Source: Pelagibius litoralis
Lineage (GTDB): Bacteria; Pseudomonadota; Alphaproteobacteria; Kiloniellales; DSM-21159
DNA length: 24,000 nt
Assembly: GCA_029287455.1 (NCBI GenBank)
Contig: JARFRB010000052.1
Coordinates: forward strand, 35,599-59,598
Reading direction: 5' to 3'
Shown here: one piece after another, positions 16,610 to 24,000 of the stretch
Position numbering within the stretch: position 1 is the first letter of the stretch
Layout: each line of letters opens with the position of its first letter
Made by a program: the position numbers and the translations under genes
The notes under the pieces: generated by a model
Told to the model about the DNA's origin: nothing
The model's input: the letters and a program-made list of their open reading frames with translations, nothing else
The model's database searches: none

Positions 16610-18224
16610 GCCTACCTGCCTTCAGAAAGTTCATGGGATCTTGGGGCTTACCGTCTAGAACAATCTCGTAGTGCACGTGCGGTCCCGTGCTGCGGCCAGA
16701 ATTCCCAAGCAGGCCAATCACCTCGCGGTGCCCGACCTCTTGGCCGACCTCCACGTCGATTCGGCGCAGATGCGCGTAGCGGGTCTTGAGGCCATATCCA
16801 TGGTCGATTTCGATGAAGCGGCCGTAATTTCCCTTCCACCCGGCAAAGGTAACACGTCCAGGCGAGGTACTCATCACTCTTGTGCCGGGCTGAGCGGACA
16901 GATCGATGCCGGCGTGAAGCGCCACCCGGCCATTCACGGGATCCTTGCGCTTTCCAAACTTGCTGGAGACCCAGAAATGGTCCAAGGGGGGCGTCAGCGG
17001 CATGGCTTCGAGCAGGCGCTGCATGGCCTCCCAACGGGTCATGTGAAAATCAAACAGCGCGACCGGGCTTGCGCTTGCGACCTGCAAGACGCCATCGTGC
17101 CCATCGCGCGCCGGCGCCGCGGGCACAAAGGGGCCGCCACTGCCCGGCGTATCCTTCGCCACCCGCGCGATCAGTTGATCCACATCCAAGCCGGTCGTGG
17201 CCAGCGTCTGCTCGATCGAGGCAACCGTCAGTTCCGTGCGCTCGCGCAGCCGTGCGAAGAGGACGGTCTGCGCGCGCTGCAACTGGCCCAACCTGGTCTC
17301 CGCGGTGTCGGCGCGCCCCACCAGGCTTTCGCGCTCGTCGAGCAAATTCTCGTGGGCGACGCGCACTTGATCCGATTGGGCGCTCAACATCGCGATACGG
17401 CCCAAAAGCTCCGACTCGCGCGCGTCATGCTTGGCGAAACGATCGGTCAATACACCCAGTTCGTCGGAAAGCGCGTCGCGCTCGGTGGTCAAGGCACGAA
17501 TGCGCCCATTCGATTCCCGCAAGGAATCCTCTAGCGTCGTGAGCTTAACCGCCAACGCCTTGTTCTTCCCCTTCAAACGGTTGAACTTCTCGGCACTGTT
17601 CTCGAGTTCCAGCTTTAGCCCCTGGCGCTGACTCTCGATCACTTCCTGGATGTGGCGATTGTCCTCTAGGACGCTCTTCAACATGACCAGTTGGCCATTC
17701 AAGGAGATGTTACGGCCAACGATTTTATTAACGTCCATCTCGAACTCGGCGAGCTTAGTTTCAAGCGCAATGCGCGCATCGCCCGCGCGCTTCAGCCCCT
17801 CGGAAACCAATTGCGCGGTTTCTTCCTCGGGCCCGAAGGCGCTCAAACCCTGCATCAGGGCTTGGCTTTCGTCCAACTCCCTGGAAATCTCCGTGAACTG
17901 CTGTTGATAGCGGCCGACCTCGCCCATCAGCCCCGCGTAGGCGGCCTTTGCCTGATCGATCTCTGCCTGCTGGGAGTCGAGCTTCTGGCTCTGCCACATC
18001 AGTCCCCCGCCCGACAGGGTCAGGAACGCCAGGAGCCCCGCCGCGCAGGCAAGCGCGATAGCTTGCACCTGGCGCGACAGGGTCACGTAAACGACCTTGC
18101 CACGACCGCGGATAAAGATTTCGCGATCCACGAAGAGTCTGTCGAAAAACGCGACGATCTTGTCTCGCAGTTCGACTAGAGGACTCGGCACGCCCAAAGG
18201 GGCGTCCTCCATCAAGCCGTGCAT
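16593..18224 (-). CDS. Bitopic membrane M23 (LytM-type) peptidoglycan endopeptidase with long coiled coil (LmdC-like)
   Basis: 543 aa. About 55-aa N-terminal cytoplasmic region, one TM segment (AIALACAAGLLAFLTLSGGGLMW) and roughly 300 aa of heptad-like Q/E/L/R-rich sequence. The C-terminal M23 domain has intact metal/catalytic motifs HAGIDL (HxxxD) and GPHVHYEI (HxH). Confidence 0.85.
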   Translation of the reverse strand: MHGLMEDAPLGVPSPLVELRDKIVAFFDRLFVDREIFIRGRGKVVYVTLSRQVQAIALACAAGLLAFLTLSGGGLMWQSQKLDSQQAEIDQAKAAYAGLMGEVGRYQQQFTEISRELDESQALMQGLSAFGPEEETAQLVSEGLKRAGDARIALETKLAEFEMDVNKIVGRNISLNGQLVMLKSVLEDNRHIQEVIESQRQGLKLELENSAEKFNRLKGKNKALAVKLTTLEDSLRESNGRIRALTTERDALSDELGVLTDRFAKHDARESELLGRIAMLSAQSDQVRVAHENLLDERESLVGRADTAETRLGQLQRAQTVLFARLRERTELTVASIEQTLATTGLDVDQLIARVAKDTPGSGGPFVPAAPARDGHDGVLQVASASPVALFDFHMTRWEAMQRLLEAMPLTPPLDHFWVSSKFGKRKDPVNGRVALHAGIDLSAQPGTRVMSTSPGRVTFAGWKGNYGRFIEIDHGYGLKTRYAHLRRIDVEVGQEVGHREVIGLLGNSGRSTGPHVHYEIVLDGKPQDPMNFLKAGRHVFKG

Positions 18225-18456
18225 GGCTCCCCCTGTCCGGTCTCACGGCGCGAACCTACTGCCGTGTTTCCACCCTCGCGGAGCGGACACTCACCCTCGT
18301 AGGTAGCTCACACCACCTTGGATTATTCGATTGCTAACTATCATGAGATCGATAGCGATAGTCTGGCGCAATGCGCATAACCCTAAAGGGTGTCTCGTTT
18401 CTTAATGGTAAATGTGGGTTGTGATCAAAATGGGACAGCGGCGTTAGCCCGACACG

Positions 18457-18490
18457 AAAAGCGCCGCGTTTCCGGACGCGGCGCTTTCTT
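18457..18490. terminator. Bidirectional rho-independent terminator (most plausibly ends the cysD-cysNC transcript)
   Basis: Perfect 12-bp stem AAAGCGCCGCGT (18457-18468) / ACGCGGCGCTTT (18475-18486) with loop TTCCGG. The minus-strand reading is followed by TTTTCGTG and the plus-strand reading by TTTCTTTG. It lies about 105 nt downstream of the cysNC stop. Confidence 0.65.
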
Positions 18491-18592
18491 TGACTGACAC
18501 TAAGCCACTCAAAATATGAATATTTCTGACTGATCCTTGGCGCAAATCCTTCGCGGGACGTCGCCGCGGCCAACCAGTGCCGGTGCTTTGGG

Positions 18593-20524
18593 TTAACCCC
18601 CCGACCGCTCCTTCATGGTGAAGTTCCGCTCGATGTGCCCGATGATCGCGGCTACGCAATCATCGACGCTTTCGTTGCCGGTATCCACCGTGAGCTCCGG
18701 GGCGGCCGGCGGTTCGTAGGGAGCGGAAATACCGGTGAAATCGCGGATCTCGCCGGACCTCGCCTTCTTGTAGAGTCCCTTCGGATCGCGCTCCTCGCAG
18801 GTTGCGAGATCGGCATGGACGTGGATCTCATGGAAGGCGTTGGTATCGACCCGCTGCGCGGCGCCCCGCGCCCGGTCCCTGTCCGCTTGATAGGGCGAGA
18901 TGAAAGCGGTGATGCAGATGAACCCGGCATCGGCGAACAGGGCCGCGGCCTCGCCCACCCGGCGGATGTTCTCGGCACGCTCATCGGGAGAGAAGCCCAG
19001 ATTTGCGTTCAGGCCGCGCCGCACGTTGTCGCCGTCCAGCACATAGACCTGATAGCCTTTCTGGAACAGTCTGCGCTCGACTTCCATGGCCAGGGTGGAC
19101 TTGCCGGCTCCCGAGAAGCCGGTGAACCAGAGCACGCCGCCCGTGTGTCCGTTGCGTTCGGCTCGGCTCGTGCCCGTCACGCCATGCTCGACCGAGAACA
19201 CGTTGGTCGAGCGGATGGTCAAGGCATCGCGCTGGTCCGGATAGCCCTCGAGCGAGATGCTGCCACCGCCAACGGTGTCGTAGCCGTCCAGGAGGACGAA
19301 ACGTCCGGTGCGGGCCAAGCTGCGGTATTCGTCCACCGCCAGAACCTCGCGGGACCGGAAGATCACCTCCGCAACCATGTTCCGCTCGACCTTGTCGCCG
19401 CTTCTCGGGGCAAGACTGTCGGTGTCGATGATGCGCTCGATCGTTTCGGCGGTAACGTTGGCTTCCTTGGTGGCGAGCTTCAGCTTATAGCGGCGGCCAG
19501 GCTCCAAGGGCGTATGGCCCATCCAGAACAACGAGGCCCGGAACACACTCGTCAGCGGCGGCGGATTTTCGACGTGGCTGATGACCTCGCCCCGCTCGAC
19601 GAAGATCTGCTCCTCCAAGGTGATCCCGACCGACTGGCCGGCATGCGCCTCGATGGGCGGCTCCGCGTTCCAGGCCTCCAGGGCACGGACCTTGACGATC
19701 TTGTTGGAGGGCGAGAACAGCAAGGTGTCGCCGGCGCGCAGGATACCTGACTCGATTCGGCCGGCGATGATCCGGCGGTCATCGAAGTGGTAGACGTCCT
19801 GAACCGGCAGACGCAGCGGCTGTTCGACCGGCGCGGTCAGCACATGGAAACGGTCGAAGGCTTGCAGCACTGTGGGGCCGTCGTACCAGCTCATGTTGGT
19901 CGACGGCACCGCGACGTTGTCGCCGTCACGCGCCGAGATCGGCAGCAGGAAGCTCGGCTCCAGCCCCAGCCCGGCGAGATAGGAGGTGACTTCGTGCACC
20001 AAGTCCCCGAAGCGCTGGGCGCTATAATCCACGAGGTCCATCTTGTTGACGACCACGGCCACTTGGCGCACGCCCAGCAGGTGCAGGAGATAGCCGTGGC
20101 GGCGCGTTTGTTCGCGCACGCCCTCAGCCGCGTCGATCACCAAGACCGCGGCATCGGCCGCGGCCGCGCCGCTGACCATGTTCTTCAGGAATTCGCGGTG
20201 TCCCGGCGCGTCGATGATCACCACGTCACGCTTGGGGGTCTTGAACCAAATCTGCGTGGTATCGATGGTGATCGCTTGATCGCGCTCGGCTTGGAAGGCA
20301 TCCAGCGCGAAGGACCATTCGAGCGACATGCCGCGCCGCTGGGAAATCACCTTGAGTTCCTCCAGCTTGCCCTCGGGCAGGGAGTCGGTGTCGTAGAGCA
20401 GACGGCCGATCAACGTCGATTTGCCGTGGTCCACGTGCCCCACGACAACCAGCTTCAGCAGGTCGCGCGGCGCATCGGTTCGGATTTGCTGGATATTGGG
20501 CTTAGCGGCTCTCGCTTCCATCAC
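18593..20524 (-). CDS. cysNC: Bifunctional sulfate adenylyltransferase subunit 1 / adenylylsulfate (APS) kinase
   Basis: N-terminal translational-GTPase fold ([27 protein letters not shown]) with CysN-like context ([11 protein letters not shown]). The C-terminal APS kinase has a P-loop [11 protein letters not shown], then [11 protein letters not shown] and FISPY. The start is GTG 20524 or ATG 20521; both overlap the cysD stop (GTGATG / TGA). Confidence 0.9.
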   Translation of the reverse strand: MMEARAAKPNIQQIRTDAPRDLLKLVVVGHVDHGKSTLIGRLLYDTDSLPEGKLEELKVISQRRGMSLEWSFALDAFQAERDQAITIDTTQIWFKTPKRDVVIIDAPGHREFLKNMVSGAAAADAAVLVIDAAEGVREQTRRHGYLLHLLGVRQVAVVVNKMDLVDYSAQRFGDLVHEVTSYLAGLGLEPSFLLPISARDGDNVAVPSTNMSWYDGPTVLQAFDRFHVLTAPVEQPLRLPVQDVYHFDDRRIIAGRIESGILRAGDTLLFSPSNKIVKVRALEAWNAEPPIEAHAGQSVGITLEEQIFVERGEVISHVENPPPLTSVFRASLFWMGHTPLEPGRRYKLKLATKEANVTAETIERIIDTDSLAPRSGDKVERNMVAEVIFRSREVLAVDEYRSLARTGRFVLLDGYDTVGGGSISLEGYPDQRDALTIRSTNVFSVEHGVTGTSRAERNGHTGGVLWFTGFSGAGKSTLAMEVERRLFQKGYQVYVLDGDNVRRGLNANLGFSPDERAENIRRVGEAAALFADAGFICITAFISPYQADRDRARGAAQRVDTNAFHEIHVHADLATCEERDPKGLYKKARSGEIRDFTGISAPYEPPAAPELTVDTGNESVDDCVAAIIGHIERNFTMKERSGG

Positions 20525-21315
20525 ATGTACCCCGCTTGGCGCAGACGCTCGAAGGCATCTTCGCTGTCATGATCCATTGTGCGCCCGGCGCGCTCTGGCT
20601 CGCGCGTGGTCTCCAGCTCGGCGATGATTTCCTCGATGGTCGAGGCATTGGACTGCACGGGGCGGGTGATGTCCTTCTCGCCCAGGGAGCGGTAGCGCCA
20701 GCCATCCTTAGCGAAATAGAGCGGCACCACGGGAATCTGCTCGCGCTCGATATAGCGCCAGATGTCGACCTCCGTCCAAGCCAGCAAAGGGTGAATGCGC
20801 ACATGCGTGTTTGGCGGAAATTCCGTCTTGTACTGGTCCCAGAACTCCGGCGGCTGGTCCTTGTAATCCCAGGCTCCATCTTCGCCGCGAGGGGAAAAGA
20901 CGCGTTCCTTGCTGCGCACCGCCTGCTCGTCCCTGCGAATGCCGAGGAAAATTCCGCGAAAGCCGTTCTCCTCGATCACGCGCTTCAGGCCCAAGGTCTT
21001 GCGCGCGGCCGCGCGGGCGTTGCTCGTGAGAGTCGGGTCGGTTTCCTCGTAGCCCGGACAGATGGCATTGATGTAGTCCAGGCCCCACTCATCGACGTAC
21101 TGGTCGCGAAACGCGTAGACCTCGTCCAGCTCGTTTCCGGTATCCAACAGGATCGCCGGGAAAGGCACGCGGCCGAAGAAGGCCTTTCGCGCCAGCCAGA
21201 CCATGACGTTGGAATCCTTGCCCAAGGACCAGAGCATCGAGAGTGAATCGATGCGGTTGTAGGCTTCGCGCAGTATGTAGATCGACTGCGATTCGAGTTC
21301 GTCCAAGCGGTTCAT
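20521..21315 (-). CDS. cysD: Sulfate adenylyltransferase subunit 2 (short-form CysD, PAPS-reductase/PP-loop fold)
   Basis: [18 protein letters not shown]-loop [40 protein letters not shown] and a C-terminal RLRQAGYM align with CysD. At 264 aa it is shorter than the roughly 300-aa enterobacterial form (from memory). Confidence 0.85.
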   Translation of the reverse strand: MNRLDELESQSIYILREAYNRIDSLSMLWSLGKDSNVMVWLARKAFFGRVPFPAILLDTGNELDEVYAFRDQYVDEWGLDYINAICPGYEETDPTLTSNARAAARKTLGLKRVIEENGFRGIFLGIRRDEQAVRSKERVFSPRGEDGAWDYKDQPPEFWDQYKTEFPPNTHVRIHPLLAWTEVDIWRYIEREQIPVVPLYFAKDGWRYRSLGEKDITRPVQSNASTIEEIIAELETTREPERAGRTMDHDSEDAFERLRQAGYM

Positions 21316-21478
21316 TGCGCGTCCGAAATCTTTCTAGTTTATGGGAGGGCGGGGCGTAGCGACTACGTCCATGCGCCTCAACCCCATTTAAGTCATGGCA
21401 GCAATGCCATTTTGCAACGAGTCGATTCAATCCTATCTTAGGGTTGGAACCTGCCCAATAGTGCGAGCCAAGAAGTGC

Positions 21479-22978
21479 CTAATCTGTCACGGCCTCGGGC
21501 CGCGGCGCGGCGGCGCGTTCCTTTCGCCAAGCCTCGCCCTGCTTCTTGCTGACGCCGCCATAGAGTTCCAGGACGTGGCGCAAGCGCTCGCGGCAGATGT
21601 CGCGGCCCAGCATCTCCATGGAATCGAACAGCGGCACCGACTGCGCGGAGCCCGCGATCGCCAGGTAGAAAAGCCGGACGCAGTCGCGGAACTTGACGCC
21701 GACGTCCTCGGCCGTGGCGCGCAGGACCCGCTCGACGGCCTCCTTCGTCCACTCATCCACCGCGTCGATATCCCAGAGGGCGAACTGCAAGGCCTTCTTG
21801 GCGCTTTCTGGCTCCAGTTTCGACGCCTCCAGCGCCGCAAGGTCAATATCCAAGCGCCCTTGGAAGAAAAAGGCGAGAAGGCCGCCCAAGTCGCTCAATC
21901 GCTCGATCCGGGTCTGGGCAAGACCCAGAAGCCGGTCCGCCGGGCCCACCCCCGACGCCCAGGCCGCCACTTTGGACTGAAATTCCGGCGCGGGCAGATC
22001 CCGCAGCCAGCGGCCGTTCAACCAGTCCAGCTTCTGGAGATCGAATACCGGCCCGCCAAGGGAAATCGCCGAGAGATCGAAGCGCTCGGCGATCTCTTCC
22101 ATGGTGAATTTCTCGTCGCCCTCGCCGACAGAGACAGTGAACAGGCCCAGCAGGTTGATCAGAGTCTCCGGCAGATAGCCCATGCGCTCGTACCAGAGGA
22201 TGCTGGTCGGGTTCTTGCGCTTGCTGAGCTTGCTGCGGTCGGGATTGCGCAACAGCGGCAAATGCACGAACTCCGGCGCTTGCCAGCCGAAATACTCGTA
22301 AAGCAGCAGATGCTTGGGCAGAGAGGGGATCCACTCCTCGCCACGGATCACATGGGTTATTTCCATGAAGTGGTCGTCGACCACGTTGGCCAGGTGATAC
22401 GTCGGCAGACCGTCCGACTTCACCAGGATCTGCATGTCGACTTCCTTCCAGGCGACCTCGATATCACCGCGAAGCCGGTCGTGCATGCGGCAGACACCCT
22501 CTTCCGGGATCGCCATGCGGACAACCGAGGGAATGCCCTCCGCGTCCTTTTCCGCGCGCTCCTCCGGCGTGAGGTGCTGGCAAAAACCATCGTACTTGGG
22601 CTTCATTCCCGCCGCGCGCTGTTCGGCCCTGAGCGCGTCCAGGCGCTCCGTGGTGCAATAGCAGCGGAAGGCCTTGCCCTCTTGGATCAGCCGCTCCGCG
22701 TGCTCGGAGTAGAGCGCGCTGCGCTCGCTCTGGCGGTAGGGTCCGTGGGGGCCGCCGACATCCGGCCCTTCGTCCCATTGCAGGCCGAGCCAATGCAAGG
22801 CCTTGAGGATCATCCGTTCCGAGGCCGCCGTGCTTCGGGCCCGATCCGTGTCCTCGATCCGCAAGAGGAATTGGCCGCCGTGGGCGCGGGCGAACAAGAG
22901 GTTCACCAAGGCGATGTAGGCGGTGCCAATATGCGGGTCGCCGGTCGGCGATGGGGCGACGCGCGTGCGCACGGTCAT
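21479..22978 (-). CDS. gltX: Glutamate--tRNA ligase
   Basis: Class I signature PSPTGDPHIGTAY (HIGH) and KLSKRK (KMSKS), plus GEEWIPSLPKH and TYHLANVVDDH. GGAGGA lies 8 nt upstream of ATG 22978. Confidence 0.95.
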   Translation of the reverse strand: MTVRTRVAPSPTGDPHIGTAYIALVNLLFARAHGGQFLLRIEDTDRARSTAASERMILKALHWLGLQWDEGPDVGGPHGPYRQSERSALYSEHAERLIQEGKAFRCYCTTERLDALRAEQRAAGMKPKYDGFCQHLTPEERAEKDAEGIPSVVRMAIPEEGVCRMHDRLRGDIEVAWKEVDMQILVKSDGLPTYHLANVVDDHFMEITHVIRGEEWIPSLPKHLLLYEYFGWQAPEFVHLPLLRNPDRSKLSKRKNPTSILWYERMGYLPETLINLLGLFTVSVGEGDEKFTMEEIAERFDLSAISLGGPVFDLQKLDWLNGRWLRDLPAPEFQSKVAAWASGVGPADRLLGLAQTRIERLSDLGGLLAFFFQGRLDIDLAALEASKLEPESAKKALQFALWDIDAVDEWTKEAVERVLRATAEDVGVKFRDCVRLFYLAIAGSAQSVPLFDSMEMLGRDICRERLRHVLELYGGVSKKQGEAWRKERAAAPRPEAVTD

Positions 22979-23038
22979 GGGATCGATCCTCCGAGTGGGG
23001 GCAAGGCGGCGCCAGAACTACTGAATCGGCGCGCAAGG

Positions 23039-23098
23039 TTCAAGCACGGCGGGCTCAAGCGTTGCGGGTTCACGCGTTTCCGGTTCAAGCGCTGCGGG
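23039..23098. repeat. Degenerate 15-bp tandem repeat (4 units) in the fumarase-gltX intergenic region
   Basis: Units are ttcaagcacggcggg, ctcaagcgttgcggg, ttcacgcgtttccgg and ttcaagcgctgcggg. Identity to unit 4 is 13/15, 13/15 and 11/15. The repeat lies 61-120 nt upstream of the gltX ATG. Confidence 0.7.
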
Positions 23099-23114
23099 GG
23101 AAAGGAAGCCGGCT

Positions 23115-24000
23115 CTACCGGCCTCGCGCGAAGAAATCGTTCCCTTTGTCGTCCACGACGACGAAGGCCGGGAAATCCTCGACCTCGATCCGCCAAGCCG
23201 CTTCCATGCCCAGTTCCTCGAAATCGACGATCTCCACCGAGCGAATGTGGTCCTGGGCAATGGCCGCCGCCGCTCCGCCGATGCTGCCCAGATAAAATCC
23301 CCCGTGACGGGCGCAGGCCTCGGCAACCGCGGGCGAGCGGTTGCCCTTGCCGAGCGTCACCAGGGCACCGCCCGCCGCCTGGAAATCCGCAACGTAGCCG
23401 TCCATACGGGCAGCCGTCGTCGGCCCGAAGGACCCCGAGGGCATGCCAGCCGGGGTCTTGGCCGGCCCGGCATAGTAGATCGCCTGCTCTTTCACATAGG
23501 CGGGCAGCTCCTCGCCACGCGCTAAGCCTTCCGAGAGCTTGGCATGCACGATGTCCCGGGCCACGAGCAAAGGGCCGGACAAGCTGACGCGGCCGCCTAC
23601 ACCGACCTTGGAAAGTGCCTCGCGGACCTCGCTCATCGGCCGTGACAGGTCGATCCGCGTCACGGTTCCAGCTTCGCCATCGAGTTCCGGCAGGAACAGC
23701 TCCGGGTGCGCCTCCAGCTTCTCCAGGAACACGCCTTCGGCGGTGATCTTTGCCTTGGCCTGCCGGTCGGCGGAGCAGGAAACCCCCAGGCCAATGGGCA
23801 GCGATGCCCCGTGACGGGGCAGCCGAACAACGCGCACATCGTGACAGAAATACTTGCCCCCGAACTGCGCGCCGAGGCCATACCCGCGGGTCAGCTCCTG
23901 AATTTGGGCCTCGAGCCGATGGTCGCGAAAGGCCCGGCCCGAGGCGTCGCCGGTTTCGGGTAGCCCGTCGAGATCATGGCAGCTTGCCAGTTTCAAGGTC
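23115..24000 (-). CDS. fumA: Class I (Fe-S) fumarate hydratase, C-terminal part; 5' end lies beyond the window
   Basis: [83 protein letters not shown] and [22 protein letters not shown] closely follow the FumA/FumB C-terminal half. The frame stays open to the window edge. Stop is TAG at 23117-23115. Confidence 0.88.
   Translation of the reverse strand, partial: TLKLASCHDLDGLPETGDASGRAFRDHRLEAQIQELTRGYGLGAQFGGKYFCHDVRVVRLPRHGASLPIGLGVSCSADRQAKAKITAEGVFLEKLEAHPELFLPELDGEAGTVTRIDLSRPMSEVREALSKVGVGGRVSLSGPLLVARDIVHAKLSEGLARGEELPAYVKEQAIYYAGPAKTPAGMPSGSFGPTTAARMDGYVADFQAAGGALVTLGKGNRSPAVAEACARHGGFYLGSIGGAAAAIAQDHIRSVEIVDFEELGMEAAWRIEVEDFPAFVVVDDKGNDFFARGR

Noticed and set aside
18270-18532. Short repeats in the spacer: the 8-bp direct repeat caccctcg (18270-18277 and 18291-18298), the 7-bp direct repeat tgactga (18490-18496 and 18526-18532), the AT-rich palindrome AAATAT-GA-ATATTT (18511-18524), and cgatagcgatag (18349-18360).
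   Set aside because: Back-of-envelope expectation argues against significance. About 24,000 positions x 30 offsets x 4^-8 gives roughly ten such 8-mer pairs per window by chance. Several 6+6 palindromes are likewise expected. They are not significant on their own, so they are mentioned only as part of the spacer finding.
18334-18573. 79-aa minus-strand ORF in the cysNC/M23 spacer as a possible small protein gene.
   Set aside because: It runs straight through the 12-bp terminator hairpin and has no SD. Its composition is erratic and I recognise no motif. Most likely it is non-coding.
21395-21414. Hairpin ATGGCA-GCAA-TGCCAT followed by TTTT on the plus strand, between gltX and cysD.
   Set aside because: The stem is a 6-bp AT/GC-mixed stem. 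The T-run is on the strand opposite to both flanking genes, and on the gene strand no U-tract follows. It is probably fortuitous.
9917-23098. Whether the 15-bp repeat arrays (9917-9970 and 23039-23098) could be CRISPR arrays or mobile-element termini.
   Set aside because: The units are directly abutting with no spacers, are far shorter than CRISPR repeats, and have no cas genes nearby. No transposase or integrase, flanking inverted repeats or target-site duplications are present.
275-23587. Many long ORFs antisense to, or out of frame with, the called genes. Examples: 21395-23587 (+, 730 aa), 11047-12006, 7008-7793, 18635-19750, 19787-20572, 20536-21246, 16671-17534, 1218-2306, 2640-3614, 4001-4915, 4912-5610, 275-1180 and 14226-14921.
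   Set aside because: Each overlaps a gene with strong, full-length family resemblance on the other strand or frame. Their translations are low-complexity Arg/Ala/Gly/Pro-rich with no recognisable motifs. This is the classic shadow-ORF pattern caused by stop-codon depletion in high-GC DNA.

Overview
GC-rich chromosomal core segment with dense housekeeping content. It is most likely alphaproteobacterial. The basis is the gene order folK-rpoZ-spoT/rsh-DUF2062-pdxJ-acpS-lepB-rnc-era, an Rsh protein starting MMRQFELVERV, and a bactofilin plus LmdC-like M23 peptidase pair; this is inference, since no search was run. I can support 22 protein-coding genes, both edge genes truncated: D-aminoacylase-family amidohydrolase, era, rnc, lepB, acpS, pdxJ, DUF2062, spoT/rsh, rpoZ, folK, a NYN/LabA-like protein, a family-4/5-type uracil-DNA glycosylase, smpB, dapA, an Slt70-like lytic transglycosylase, an L-2-haloacid dehalogenase, a serine/threonine-dehydratase-family PLP enzyme, bactofilin, an M23 peptidase, cysNC, cysD, gltX and class I fumarate hydratase. 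I saw no rRNA, tRNA, tmRNA, CRISPR array, transposase, integrase or phage gene. Many long ORFs in the supplied track are antisense shadow ORFs typical of high-GC DNA, and several true genes are shown with spurious N-terminal extensions. I did not find convincing evidence for a wholly new multi-gene system; this reads as an ordinary core region. Items worth a second look: (1) the translationally overlapping M23-peptidase/bactofilin morphogenesis module; (2) a conserved, functionally uncharacterised NYN-domain putative RNase of lower GC set among RNA-metabolism and stringent-response genes; (3) an in-frame 15-bp tandem repeat coding (GPGQP)n at the N-terminus of the glycosylase, plus an ambiguous and possibly dual-coding start; (4) a degenerate 4 x 15-bp tandem repeat upstream of gltX; (5) a duplicated perfect TATAAT element upstream of spoT; (6) a divergent EF-Tu-like CysN fused to CysC, paired with a short CysD; (7) a 368-nt AT-richer spacer with a strong bidirectional terminator.
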